From Macrostomum lignano (lineage: Eukaryota): a stretch of DNA of 64,000 nucleotides. Both the position numbers and the translations under genes were made by a program. Below are positions 1 to 11,640 of this stretch, piece after piece. The notes beneath the pieces were generated by a model that was not told the origin of the DNA, made no database searches, and saw only the letters and a list, made by a program, of their open reading frames with translations. Position 1 is the stretch's first letter. The number at the start of each line of letters is the position of its first letter. The stretch is from positions 81,819-145,818 of the forward strand of contig NIVC01002728.1 in assembly GCA_002269645.1 (NCBI GenBank), read 5' to 3'.

Positions 1-262
1 ATCCTCAGTTGCTGGCCAGTCGCCCAGATCCTCAGTTGCTGGGCCAGTCGCCCAGATCCTCAGTTGCTGGGCAGCCAGCCTCCCAGATCCTCAGTTGCTG
101 GGCCAGCCTCCCAGATCCTCAGTTGCTGGGCCAGCCTCCCAGATGCTCAGTTGCTGGGCCACCCTCAGAGATCCTCAGTTGCTCGGCCACCCTCTCAGAT
201 GCTCAGTTTCTGGGCCACCAGCCTCCCAGATCCTCAGTTGCTGTGCCGGCTTTCCAGATCTT
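1..262. repeat. 28-bp tandem array (CCCAGATCCTCAGTTGCTGGGCCAGCCT)n in intron 1 of lectin-WSC paralog 1
   Basis: Direct repeats are visible. The same array lies at 22826-23033 in the equivalent intron of paralog 2. It explains the low-complexity ORFs at 9-406. Confidence 0.95.
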
Positions 263-725
263 CACTTTTTGCCGAAAATACACTACGGAGATAGATGTAG
301 GAAGTTTTCATTTATTTGGCACAAAAATTTTATTGCTTTTGATAGGAGGCAGACCCAATGTTCATCTTTCGAAATGTTGTGCATTTCTTATGGCTTAATT
401 TATTGATACATTTCATAAAACTTTTCGATTAGAAAATTAGCGAGTCTTTTTTATAAATTTTTTCTTAATAAAAAAGAAAGCATGTCTTTACGAAGTATGA
501 GACATGCAAATGAACGTAGAATAACAATTGAAAATTGAATCCTAACTATCAGAACGAAAAGTTTTATGAATCTCAATGCTAATGGAGCTATAAGAAAGTC
601 ACAACATGTCAAAAGATGAACATTGCGTCTTTCTTCTATCGAAAGCAATAACAAATATTGTGCTGAAAAAAATTAAAACCTCATATCTCTGTAAGGTATT
701 TTTCAGCGAAAAGTAGCCTTCAAAA
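263..725. mobile_element. AT-rich foldback/MITE-like element with long imperfect inverted arms
   Basis: ATTGCTTTTGATAGGAGGCAGACCCAATGTTCATC (~331-365) is mirrored by GATGAACATTGCGTCTTTCTTCTATCGAAAGCAAT (~615-649). A homologous copy lies at ~23034-23570 and a single arm at ~39010-39290. Confidence 0.7.
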
Positions 726-1146
726 CATTTTACATAGATTTCAAGTGTTGCGTCCTTCTGCTTTAGTAGTCCTTGGGCTCACCCTTCCAGATCCTTAGTT
801 AAAAAGTAATGCTTATTTAAAAGTAGTAAATAATTTTTACATGTAGCAACAACACTTGATCACGCTTCGCAGAGCGTCTGTATCTGGAAAATTGTGCTCA
901 GCGCTCCGACAGCGGCCACTGCAGTCTCGCTATTGACAACCAGATCATACAAGAGTGGACTCAGTGCTCGTCTACGGCTGTAGAGCCGCATCCGTGGTGG
1001 AGGGTAATGAATTGGATTCACTTATACTAACTTTGTCAAGAACTTTAGCCGAACTGTAACCTATAACTTCCAGGTTGAAACCCAATAGGGGAGGGGGCCA
1101 GCCTATTGGGGGGGGGGGGTTGGCCAACCCTCCACAATAGGGGAGG

Positions 1147-1273
1147 GTTGGCTATTTAATTTTCATGCTGAATGCATGAAGATTGGTCGCCCACCTCCGG
1201 CCCCTAGTCACCAGGGCCAGGTGCCAACGGTGTCGCCGTCAACTTGACAGAGCGGCAAACAAAGATGGCGACC
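1147..1273 (+). ncRNA. Candidate HDV-like self-cleaving ribozyme at the RTE 5' end (atypical L3)
   Basis: Manual pairing: P1 1147-1152/1223-1228, P2 1185-1191/1267-1273, P3 1193-1195/1220-1222, P1.1 CC1197-98/GG1229-30, P4 1235-38/1253-56, hairpin in J1/2. Not tested computationally. Confidence 0.4.
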
Positions 1274-4200
1274 CATAGAGGACGGCGGAGTGTGCACAGC
1301 TGTGAACGCCGACGCACACGCTTTAATGCCCAACGCAATGCACTGCGCACTGCTGCCCGCCAGCTCAAACAGGACTCGCGGCCTGCCCAGCAGGAGCCTG
1401 CTAGAGGACTGGACACATTATCCTCCCCAGTCCCCCGCACTGCACCCGCTAGCAGAACAATCGAGAAATTTGAAAGTCAAAACCAGCTTGATAACTGCAC
1501 AAGACTTGCTACCTTCAACGCTCGAACGCTCACTGCCTCCTGGAGACTGCATGAGCTAACCAAGCTGGCAAAGAGCATGAACATCTCCATTCTGGCTGTC
1601 CAAGAACACCGCAGGAGCACCGAAGAGTGCGTTGATCCAGGCCTTGGCTGGCAGTTCCGAGCCGCTCCAGCCTCAGCCCAGGGCTCTGGAGGCATCGGGT
1701 TTCTGCTGTCACCTGGTGCCTCAAGGGCCCTTCTGAATGTCAGCTTCCCAACCAACCGCCTCGGCATTGCCTCTTTTGCCACGAAGGACAGGCGCCTTCA
1801 TGTAATCTGCGTCTACGCCCCCACAGCTCCTCGCACAGCTGCTGATCCTACCGAGACTGAGTCAATGTATGACCACCTGGGATCACTCATCAACTCGGTC
1901 CCTGATCGCGACCTGCTTTTTGTGGCTGGAGACTTCAACGCGCCACTGTCCCCTGACGGCCGTCTGGTGAAGAACAACTGCGGCTCCACCAACACCAACT
2001 CGGACTTCCTGTCAACTTTCATTCACTCTCAAGACCTGATTGCAGCCAATGGTGTCATGCGGCAGCGGTACAACAAGCTACCCACCTTCTTCGGCCCAAA
2101 TGGACGGACCACCAGGCTGGACTGGATTTTGTTCCTATCGGCAATCAGGTCTTGACTGCGCAAAGTGGTCAATATCCGCCCCAGCTGCGTGAGGTCCGAC
2201 CATTCTCTGCTGGCCTGCGACATCGACTGCCGTTGGAAAAAGTTCAAGGCTGGCCCACCGCACCCCCTCTGGGCAGATCTGAGAAACCCAGACACGCGCA
2301 GTGCGTTCATTGAAAAGCTGCAAAATACTCCGGCCCTGAATGAATCGGCGGACGCCTTCACCAGAGCTGTTGAGAAAGCTGCCTCGACCCTACCAAAACG
2401 AACACCGCACCAGCCAAAAGCCGTCTGGGACTCCGACGAGGAGATCTCCATCGCTAGGCGCGACGTGCAAAGAACAACCGCAGTCTTTGGCCAAGACAGT
2501 GAGCAGGCTGAAACAGCCCGGGCCCAACTTCGCGACACGCATGCCCGGAGGACCGAAGCCTTTGTCCAGGAGGCTGTTGCTGAGATTCAACTAGCAACAG
2601 ACAACTGCCGGCACACAGCGGCCTGGCGCGCCATCAACCGCCTGACTGGCAGGAAGCAGAGGGCCAATGCCACTGTAGGTGCTGAGTCCATACACCATCG
2701 CAAAGCCCTGCTGGCCACTCACTACCACAATGTGCTCAACGCCCCACCACCCTCTGCTGATTTGCTACCGATCGAAAACTTTACCCCGGCTGAGCCCTCG
2801 ACTTTTAACCCCGGCCCGCTGACTGCCTACGAGGTGAACCGAGTGCTCAGAACCATGTGCCCCGACGCTGCCGCCGGAGTAGATGGCATTCCACCCAGGG
2901 TGCTCAAGCTGCCAGAGCTGACACAGGACATCACAGCTGTGCTCAACAAGCACTGTCCGCTTGGAGGCAACCCAGATGCTACTGCTGCTGACAACTGGCG
3001 CACCTCTAAGATCGTCTCCATCCCCAAGAAGGGCGCATCCACCAGTCTGGACAACCAACGCGGCATCGCTCTGGAATGCACTCTGGCTAAGCTGCTCAAT
3101 GCTATACTGCGTAATCGGCTGCTTCCTGGCCTCAACCAAATGATTCTGAGCCTCCAAAGTGGCTTCAGGCCCGGTCGCTCGACAACAGAGCAGATTGCAG
3201 CCTTTCGAGCAGTCGTCGAGGCCTGTAAAACTCACCAAAGAGCTGTGTCAATTGTCTTTGTGGACTTCCGCAAAGCTTTTGACTCAGTGTGCCGTCGAGC
3301 GATCGCGTGGCTGCTCGAGCACTATGGCGTCCCTCCGGCTCTTATCGTTGCAGTGATGGACCTCTACACCAACAGCAAAGCCTTTGTCCAAACCAGCGAT
3401 GGCCCAACTGAGGACTTCTGCACCAGCTCTGGAGTCCTCCAAGGTGACACGTTGGCTCCACTGCTCTTCATCCTTGTCGTCGACTACGTGCTGCGCCGAA
3501 GCCTCACAGAGGAGGACAGCTACCTGCTGGCGTCACGCCGGAGCTCCCGCCGCGGTGCTGCCCCTTTGCCCGCCCTCGCGTACGCCGACGACATCGCCCT
3601 GCTGTGCCGCAGTCCGGCTGCCGCCCAGAGAGCGCTCTTGAGACTCTATGAGGAGAGCGCCCGAGTCGGACTGCAAATCAACGCACGCAAGACGGAAGTG
3701 CTGCACGTGGGCACCGATGCAGCACCAATCCTGACCCTACCAGATGGACAAGTCATTTCTGCCTGCAGAGACTTCCGGTACCTGGGCTCCCTCGTGATGA
3801 GCCCTGACTCCATCATCGCCGACCGGAGGTCACAGGCCTGGCGCGCGGCTCATCTCCTCAGGGAGGTCTTCAGCTCAGCTGCCAACGACGACCTGAAGAT
3901 GCGCCTGTTCCGCGCTGCCGTAGAGCCAATCTTCCTGTACGGACTGGAGGCAGTGCCAATGACCGACTCGAGGTCTCGAGCCCTGGACGCTGCCTACCGA
4001 TCGCTGCTGCGGTTCGCCCTTGGCATCCATTACCCAGAGCGGCTGCCGATGGACCAGCTGATGGCGAGAGCCCGTGTGCCTCAGCTCAGTGCCACTCTCC
4101 AGCGGCGCCGGCTAATGCTCGTCGGCCACTGCCTCCGCAGCTACGGCAGAGGGGAGCAAAATCCCGCTGGCGCTAACCCTGCTGCATCAGCCAACCGAGC

Positions 4201-4369
4201 GTCTCCGACGGGGCCAAGGCCGGACCGCCACGCTGACCGCCACGCTTGAGTCTGACCTTCAAGCCATTAACCTGACCCCACAATCTGCCACAAACTGTCC
4301 TTCTCGTCTTTTCTGCGAGCGCGTGCGCGCAAGACGCCCACCATAATATCTTTGCGTCCTTATATATAT
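1147..4369 (+). mobile_element. Near full-length RTE-like non-LTR retrotransposon (single APE-RT ORF, ATG 1265 to ~4346) inside an intron
   Basis: APE motifs ATFNARTL, AVQEHR, YAPT, GDFNA, LDWI, SDH. RT motifs RGIAL, QSGFRPGRST, FVDFRKAFD, GVLQGDTLAP, YADD, YLGS. In-frame TGA at 2153-2155 and a +1 frameshift near 4165. (TA)n tail. TSD-like ATAGGGGAGG at 1137-1146 and 4370-4379, with another copy at 1085-1097. Confidence 0.95.
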
Positions 4370-4981
4370 ATAGGGGAGGGGGGAAGTATCCTTAGCCAAC
4401 AGAAGCACAAAAAAATGAATAGGACTCCTGGTCCCAGACCCTGGCTTTTGTAGACCATGTCTACTGCAGAAGTAAGATTGAGGCTCCGGAAGAGCCAGTC
4501 GCTTTTATATATTTAGCGAGCACCGTACGCAAGCCACAAAGACCCTCGAGGGTCTCTCATACATGTACGCAAACCAAAAGGGTAAAAGGAAAGGAAGGAA
4601 GGAACAGCAAGCAAGCAATGGGTGACGCATCGCGATAATGAACATTCCTACCCCACTTCCCCCAACCCCCTCTCACCAGAGCATATTCCCAGGCTAGCCA
4701 TGCAGTCCACTAAACAAAAAATACGTGGCTAGCCAGGTGGCTCCACCGTGGGTCCACCTTGGCTAGCCCTTGCACCCGTGGACTCGGGGAATCAAATGAG
4801 TGAGTCAGACAGTTTCCCACGCTAAAAATAGCTTGTTAACGGGACCCAGCCAGGCGGCTGTGGAGAAGCAGACGCCAGAACTCGTATTGGTTGGCAAGAT
4901 ACATGGCACTAATTCAAAAAAAAAAATTTTTTTTTGGCTCCATCGCGTGAGAACTAAATGCGAGAAGTAAGAGTCTTGCCA

Positions 4982-6080
4982 GGGCGCTAAAATTGGCGCC
5001 CAAAGGCTGAAATTGGCGCCGGTATATTAAAATCGGCGCCAAAAAGTAGCAAGCTGATATATGCTGCCACTTCTACGCCCGTTGGCACATTCCGGCGCTG
5101 ATTCGGCGATCCTGGCGCCAAATTGGGGATCCTGGCGCCAAATTGGGGATCCTGGCGCCAAATTTAGCTTCCGGCGCCAATTCGACCTTTCCCGCGCCAA
5201 TTTGAGCTCTCCAGCGCTAGTTTGAGCTTTCCAGGGCTAGTTTGGGTCCTCTCGAGCTGATTTCAGCATTCCAGCGCTGATTCGGCGATCCTGGCGCCAA
5301 ATTGGGGATCCTGGCGCCAAATTTAGCTTCCGGCGCCAATTCGAGCTTTCCCGCGCCAATTTGAGCTCTCCAGCGCTAGTTTGAGCTTTTCAGGGCTAGT
5401 TTGGGTCCTCTCGAGCAGATTTCAGCATTTTGGCGCTGATTCCGCGATCCTGGCGCCAATTTGGGGATCCTGGCGCCAAATTTAGCTTCCCGCGTCAATT
5501 TGAGCTTTCCCGCGCCAATTTGAGCTTTCCAGCGCTAGTTTGAGCTTTCCAGGGCTAGTTTGGGTCCTCTCGAGCTGATTTCAGCATTTCGGCCATTCTG
5601 GCGCCAATTTGGGGATCCTGGCGCCAAATTTAGCTTCCGGCGCCAATTTGAGCTTTCCCGCGCCAATTTGAGCTCTACAGCGCTAGTTTGAGCTTTCCAG
5701 GGCTAGTTTGGGTCCTCTCGAGCTGATTTCAGCATTTCGGCGATCCTGGCGCCAATTTGGGGATCCTGGCGCCAAATTTAGCTTCCGGCGCCAATTTGAG
5801 CTTTCCCGCGCCAATTTGAGCTCTCCAGCGCTAGTTTGAGCTTTCCAGGGCTAGTTTGGGTCCTCTCGAGCTGATTTCAGCATTTCGGCGATCCTGGCGC
5901 CAATTTGGGGATCCTGGCGCCAAATTTAGCTTCCGGCGCCAATTCGAGCTTTCCCGCGCCATTTGAGCTCTCCAGCGCTAGTTTGAGCTTTCCAGGGCTA
6001 GTTTGGGTCCTCTCGAGCTGATTTCAGCATTTTGGCGCTGATTCCGCGATCCTGGTGCCAATTTGGGGATCCTGGCGCCT
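4982..6080. repeat. 148-bp higher-order tandem repeat built from ~18-19-bp GGCGCCAA subunits, with a short inverted arm at 4982-5045
   Basis: GGGGATCCTGGCGCC recurs at 5611, 5759 and 5907 (period 148), about 7 units in total. The left arm carries AATTGGCGCC in the opposite orientation. Confidence 0.9.
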
Positions 6081-6811
6081 CGCTTTCACGCCTCGTTTCA
6101 CACTCTACACTGTACGTCATCACACTGGCTACAACAAATATCCACTTTTTAGATAGTACATTTTAAGATTGTTTAACATGTAGATCTAGCGGAAAAGTAG
6201 CTGTTTTCTCATTCATTATAGTTAATTGAATTAAATAATCTTACTTCATAGCTAACATCGGAAGTGATTTATAGGCGCTGACTACTTGAGATGGTAGTTT
6301 TTTAAAGAAACTAGAAGTACAAGCTATTAAGATAGAGCAGGCAATACATCGACTGAAACATAATTAGAGATAACTGTGCACACAGTCCGCATTGACCCAT
6401 GTACATTGGCATATTCATTGTGCTACAACCAACTAAACCCATTGCAAGGCTCACTTGGAAACGCCAGCTTACGTATCTAAAGTGGTAATTCACACCGCGC
6501 CTCTACCTGACGCGGCAATGCAAAGCGCTCTCAACCAATTTAACATTTATGCTGGCGGAAGAACTTGCTATAGTCATAATGCAGCAGCTTCATTCTCCAG
6601 TCGATCGTTTCCGTGCGACACGTTCACCGATTACATCGATTTGACCAGCGATAGAAAGGATTCCGTAATGTCCCTGTGCGAAGTGGAAGTCTATGGAAAG
6701 GCGCTTGCGTTCCAGGAACTCGAAAATGGAGCTGCGTAAGTTTGGAAAATTGCTCGCAAATACGTAAAATAGTGGACCATGGATGACTGTTTTTAGTATT
6801 AGCACATACTT

Positions 6812-8290
6812 TGTAGTATTGCGAAAATAATTGAGGCGTGAAACGCGGTGGTTCGTTTGCTTTAATTTTTCTTTAATTGTTTTCCGTGTGGAATCCATTC
6901 CGTGCTGTATATTTATATACGTGTTGATAGAACATTCCGCAATCCGGAAAGTTCGAGAAGCAGTTTCTAGAAAGGGGTGCGCGGGAGTTCAAAATACCAA
7001 ATATAGAAAGTGTGTGTTTACGCGGAAGTTTCGAGAATATAAGTATTGTACTTACTGTACGCTATCTTATAACGTATACACGCGTTGTTTAGTTGAACTT
7101 TCTAGAATATGAAGATTCAAGCATGTTATAGAATATTATAGAAAATAGAAATACGCTACAATACTTATAATATAGTGAATACACTACAATAGTTCCCCCG
7201 CCGGAGACGGAGTCTCAGAGGGGTACAAAATTTACTGGATAAATGTTTAGTTAACTATACGCGTAAACGGAATTTTTACAATGAAGTCTTGGATATGAAA
7301 CTACACGAGCATATTGTACGTGTGCATCCATATACTGTAAATGCGATAAATGGTAATGTACATGCATTGCGGAGGCTAGCTATATGAACAAGTCTATGTA
7401 CAAGTCAGAAGTAGAAAAAGTCTTTTCTGGGGTTGAAGTGCACTCGTCGTCCACTCCTGGTTCGAGTTGGCGTCTGCTGGGTATTGTCCTCACTGGCTGT
7501 TGTCGACGGTGTCGTCTGTTGAGTCGCCTCGTCCTTTTTCTCCCTTTCGTTTGTCGTCGTCTCGTCCTGAGGAGCCTCCCGAGGGTTTCGGCTGGTAGGT
7601 GGCGTTTGGACCGACTTCGGTTGCTGTAGGCTTGCAGAACGGCATGGCTTCAGACGGTCGATTGAGATTGCTTCCTCTTGTCCGGCTCGTGTCTCGACTA
7701 TGAAGAACTTGGATGTGTGCCGGACGACGGTGTAAGGTCCTGAGTATGGCGCTTCGAGCGGCTTTCGAACTCTATCTACCCGGATCCAGACTTTCTCGGC
7801 CGTCCAAAGGTCTTTCGGGGTGTAGGTCTTGTTAACGACTGGTTGCCGTGGCTGATGTTCAAGAAGTTGATCGAGGTTCAACTGGATCGTCGCGGGGTCT
7901 GAAGCGTTGACTAGGACTCGAGGAAGCATCGGATTTTCGCCTGTGAGCCTGGTGAATGGGCTGACACCTGCATCATCTGGTGCGATGTGCATCACAAGCA
8001 ATGCTAGAGGCAGGTTGTCAAGCCATGAAGCTCCTCGCGCTTTGAGCATGGTCTTGAGAGTTCGATGTGCTCTCTCCACTTTCCCGTTGCACTGTGGATG
8101 GTACGCCGTGGTGCTTAGCCTATCGAAACCAACAGCTGACGAGAGGATGAGGAAGAGCTCCGCTTCGAATTAGGTCCGCGATCCGTAAGGACGTAGAGTG
8201 GGACTCCAAAGCGCGAAATCCACGTTGTAATGAAGGCCGTTCCAATACTCTGCGCTGTGACTGTCTCGAGTGGCGCTGCTTCGAGCGAAT
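6812..8290 (-). mobile_element. 3' end of a Ty3/Gypsy LTR retrotransposon: integrase C-terminal half, PPT and 3' LTR (6812-7188)
   Basis: Minus strand reads WISRFGVP..LTDRG, YHPQCNGKVERAHRTLK, GPY, ISIDRLKP. Purine tract GGCGGGGGAAC precedes an LTR bounded by TGTAG...CTACA. Confidence 0.9.
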
Positions 8291-8430
8291 TCCGGTTGTT
8301 TCGCCCCCAAACCGTTTCGGCCAAGTACATTTCGCCCCTAGACCATTTCGCCCATAGTCCGTTTCGCCCATAGTCCGTTTCGCCCATAGACCAGTTCGGC
8401 AACGGGCGTTTCGGCCAAAATGGTGATTAT
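8291..8430. repeat. ~20-bp subrepeat array (TTTCGCCCATAGTCCG-like), probable MITE arm truncating the Gypsy integrase
   Basis: About 6 TTTCGSCC-containing units begin exactly where integrase similarity stops. Confidence 0.6.
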
Positions 8431-8557
8431 GTATTTTAGAGATACAGCCATACATGTATCTTTATTTCTTTTTTCAATGCTAATTTTTAGTTTTAATTTG
8501 TAATAAAATATGATCTGAATTGTTGCCACAACAATTGTGTTATTGCGTTATTGCGAT

Positions 8558-11500
8558 TTTTTTTTTTAGTAGTAGTAGTAGTAGTAGTAGTAAGTTGGCT
8601 CAGGCAAGAAGCCTGTTTGGCCAATATATTTCTATGTATTTAAGATTGCTTCAGGAATAGGAGACAATATTTTAGCACTAGTTATTTAATTATGATTAGT
8701 ACGAGTTTTGCAAAATGGTATTTGAAAGAACGCGGAAAAGTTATTAACGATACTTGGACGACTAACGAAGCGAAAGAAAAAGCAAGGAGTTAAAAAAAGT
8801 ATTGCAGTTAATAAAAGTAAAAACGAAAGAAAAATGAACAAAAACGAACTTCGAAGGGACTTTACGTTAAGCGAATGACGACGATTTAACTAGGTATTAG
8901 ATAGGAAACTAATTAAATACTAATTAAGTGCTAATTAAGTAGGAAATTAAAAATGGGAAAGGCGGATTTATTTCACTGCTGATATGTCTGTTTCAGTTTG
9001 CATAACTGTTTTAGCTATTCATGACTTCATATATTTTAGCTACACCAGTGAGCTCTTTTCTGACTCTTTTTTCATTTGTAGCATATCCTAACTTGTGTAC
9101 TTGCTTGTCATTTAGGAGGTACTGACAGAAGTATTTTTTTCTGAACTTTTCGGTTTGTGGACATTCGGTCAAGTAGTGTAGGATATCGGAACCATTTCTC
9201 GCTCCACACAGTCTACATGGTTCATGAGAGAAAATGTTGGGTGTAATTTCGCATTTCAGTTTTAGGAGGGTTGTTAGGAATTTTTTGTTTCTAAAAGTGC
9301 ATGGAAAGTAATCTGAAAGGTCAGGCCTGCAGATTTTTTTGTAGAGATAGGCGTTTTTATAGAGTTTAATATGTTGCTGATTCTCTAGCTTTTGGCTAAG
9401 TTCTCTTTCTCTGTGTATCTTGAGGTGCTTTTTCACTAGGTATTTCTCGTTATTAAAGCTTTGGGAAAGTTTATCTTCAGTTAGTGCTTTTAAGTCTATA
9501 CTTTCCAGTTTCTTTAGTATATTTGTTTTCCATGGATTTTTTTGGCTGGTGTTTGAGTAGAAAATTTCTAGTGTCGTTTGGCAAAGTTTTTGATGTCTAA
9601 TCTTCAGCCAGTAGGTAAGATAGGTTTTAGCAATTCGTTGGGAGATTGGAGTAAGCTCAAGTTCTGATGATATCACACTGTTGCTAGCAAATTTTGGTAG
9701 ATTGAGGAGATATTTGTAGAATTTCAGCTGAATGTTATCAATAGCTTTTGTTTCAGAAATGGTAGCCAGAGGGCCCCAGAGCTCACAGCCGTACGTGATA
9801 ACGGGGGTGACAAGCGCGTCGAATAGTCTGCGAATGAGTGTGATGTCCAGGGACGTATTTTTTACCTTGTGGAGTAGGGAAAACATAGCTGAATAACCCT
9901 GCTTAGTTTGATGTTCAATACATTTTTTAAAGCTGTTTTTTGGTTCAAAAATAATTCCCAGGTATTTAAATTCATTTACTTCCTCTATTTCTTGGTTGTC
10001 GTAGATTATTTTTGTAGCAAAACTTTCTGTGTCATTTTTTTGTCTGGTACTGCCCTGCATAATCTTTGTTTTGCTTGCATTAACTTTCAAGTAGTTTTGC
10101 TTGCAGTAATTTTCCATAGTTGTAAATGTGTCTTGAAGTTCATCTTTGTTTTTAGCTAGAATGGCTTGATCGTCCGCAAAGAGCAGGATGAGTGGGAAAG
10201 CAGATCTCGTAAGAGAGCGCCTAGCGCTAGAGAGTTCAAGATATTCAACAATGTCGTCAATATATAGTTCAAAAAGGATGGTAGAGAGAGGGTTACCTTG
10301 AAGAACACCTTTAGATATTGGGATTGGCTGGGTTTCATCATCATCATCATCTTTCTTTAGAATGAAACAGGCATTTTTATGCATGTTCTTGATAAGTTCT
10401 GTCATTTGACCTTTAATACCTTGGTTATCCGTTTTGTGCCAAAGGGTCGGTTGATTTAAGCTATCGAAGGCTTTTTCATAGTCAACAAAACCGATAAAGA
10501 GTTCATTTTTGTTGTAGATGGACTGGTTTATAATGTTGTAAAGATTAAAACATTGGTCGATTGTGCTGTGATTGGGCTTGAAACCGTATTGGTATTTTGA
10601 TATAAGATTGTTAGCGTATGCTAGGTTTTCAAGTCTGGATTTAATAATTTGGCAAAAGAGCTTGCCAAAAATTGGTTGAATGCAGATTCCTCTGTAATTG
10701 TTGGGGTCGGCACTGCTGCCTTTGTTTTTATAAATCGGATGAAGAGTATTTGTAATCCAACTAGTTGGAAAGGTTCCTTGTTTGAGTGCTTCGTTGAAAA
10801 GTGAGCATAGGAGGTCAGTAAGTTCGTTTTCAAGGTATTTGAGTGTTTCTACATATACTTTATCATGCCCAGGTGCTTTGTCGGTTTTGAGCTTTTTAAT
10901 ATGTTTTATAACTTCTTCTTTGGTGAATGGGGCATTGAAATCCTCTAAATTAGTCAGAATAGGGTTGTCAAGGTGAAGATTGTATGCTAGTCTAATGCTG
11001 CTGTCTTGTTCAGTTACAAGATTTTGAAAGTGTATGACAAATTTTTCGTCAATTGCTGCATTGTTATTGGGGTGGTTATGTGGTTTCAGTAATTGCCAAA
11101 GCTGTCTTGTATCATTTTGAATATAAGCCTGGTTGATCATGTTTTCTGCACACAGTATTGATTCATGTTTCCAAGAAATCAAGCTTTTTTCATATGTTTT
11201 TTTAAGCTGTATTTTGGATGCGAGGTTGCTACTTGTGGGGAACATCTTATATCTTCTGCTGGCATGCCTGGTGGCATTTCTCAGGTCTTTAAGAAATTGT
11301 GGCAATGCTGAACAGAGAGGGTTTTTTGTTTCTACTGTGATTTTACTTTGGATTTGCTGAACTTTCTTGCTTAAATTATGGATGAAAGCTGGGTTTTGCA
11401 TGTCGAGATTTGGGATTTTATTCTCCAGATCCTTTAGATCATCTGAGAAGCAATTGATATGTTTTTCTTGTTGTGGGGTGGGTTTATCTAGTTTTCTTAA

Positions 11501-11640
11501 TATCCGGAATTTTGTTCTTTGGTTATTGGTTGCTTGTTTTGTTTCTGTAATCTCTGCTGTGAATTTACATGATAATGAGAGTATAATTTGATTGTAGATT
11601 TTGTTTATTACGATTGAGAATTAAATTACGAGTTTTTTTA
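8558..11640 (-). mobile_element. 5'-truncated RTEX/Crack-like LINE with an uninterrupted 796-aa RT ORF (9011-11401)
   Basis: KAPGHD, YRGI, QYGFKPNHST, FVDYEKAFD, GVLQGNPLS, LFADD, FKYLGI, ITYGCELWG and a C-terminal CRLC...H...C motif. 3' tail is (TAC)n plus poly(A) at ~8558-8592. No APE motifs were seen. Clade assignment is tentative. Confidence 0.92.

Larger units (their letters stand above)
873..6735 (+). pseudogene. Lectin-WSC paralog 1, partial: exons 873-1003 and 6449-6735 encode the first F-type-lectin-like domain; downstream exons not found
   Basis: Reads ERLYLENCAQRSDSGHCSLAIDNQIIQEWTQCSSTAVEPHPWWR|AHLETPAYVSKV...SLCEVEVYG. AG/GT sites and exon lengths (131, 287 bp) match paralogs 2 and 3. 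Exon 1 probably lies just upstream of the window. No domain-2 or WSC exon was seen in 6736-22500. Confidence 0.8.

Noticed and set aside
9-406. ORFs of 76-129 aa with LPDPQLLG repeats (also 22789-23193)
   Set aside because: They are translations of the 28-bp intronic array, open in several frames.
4727-4768. Strong GC hairpin GGCTAGCCAGGTGG...CCACCTTGGCTAGCC
   Set aside because: No accompanying Helitron terminus, terminator context or known RNA motif. Probably part of an unidentified repeat.
6733-6739. In-frame stop right after the domain-1 exon in all four paralogs
   Set aside because: This follows automatically from a phase-2 GTRA donor and is not evidence of a selected short isoform.
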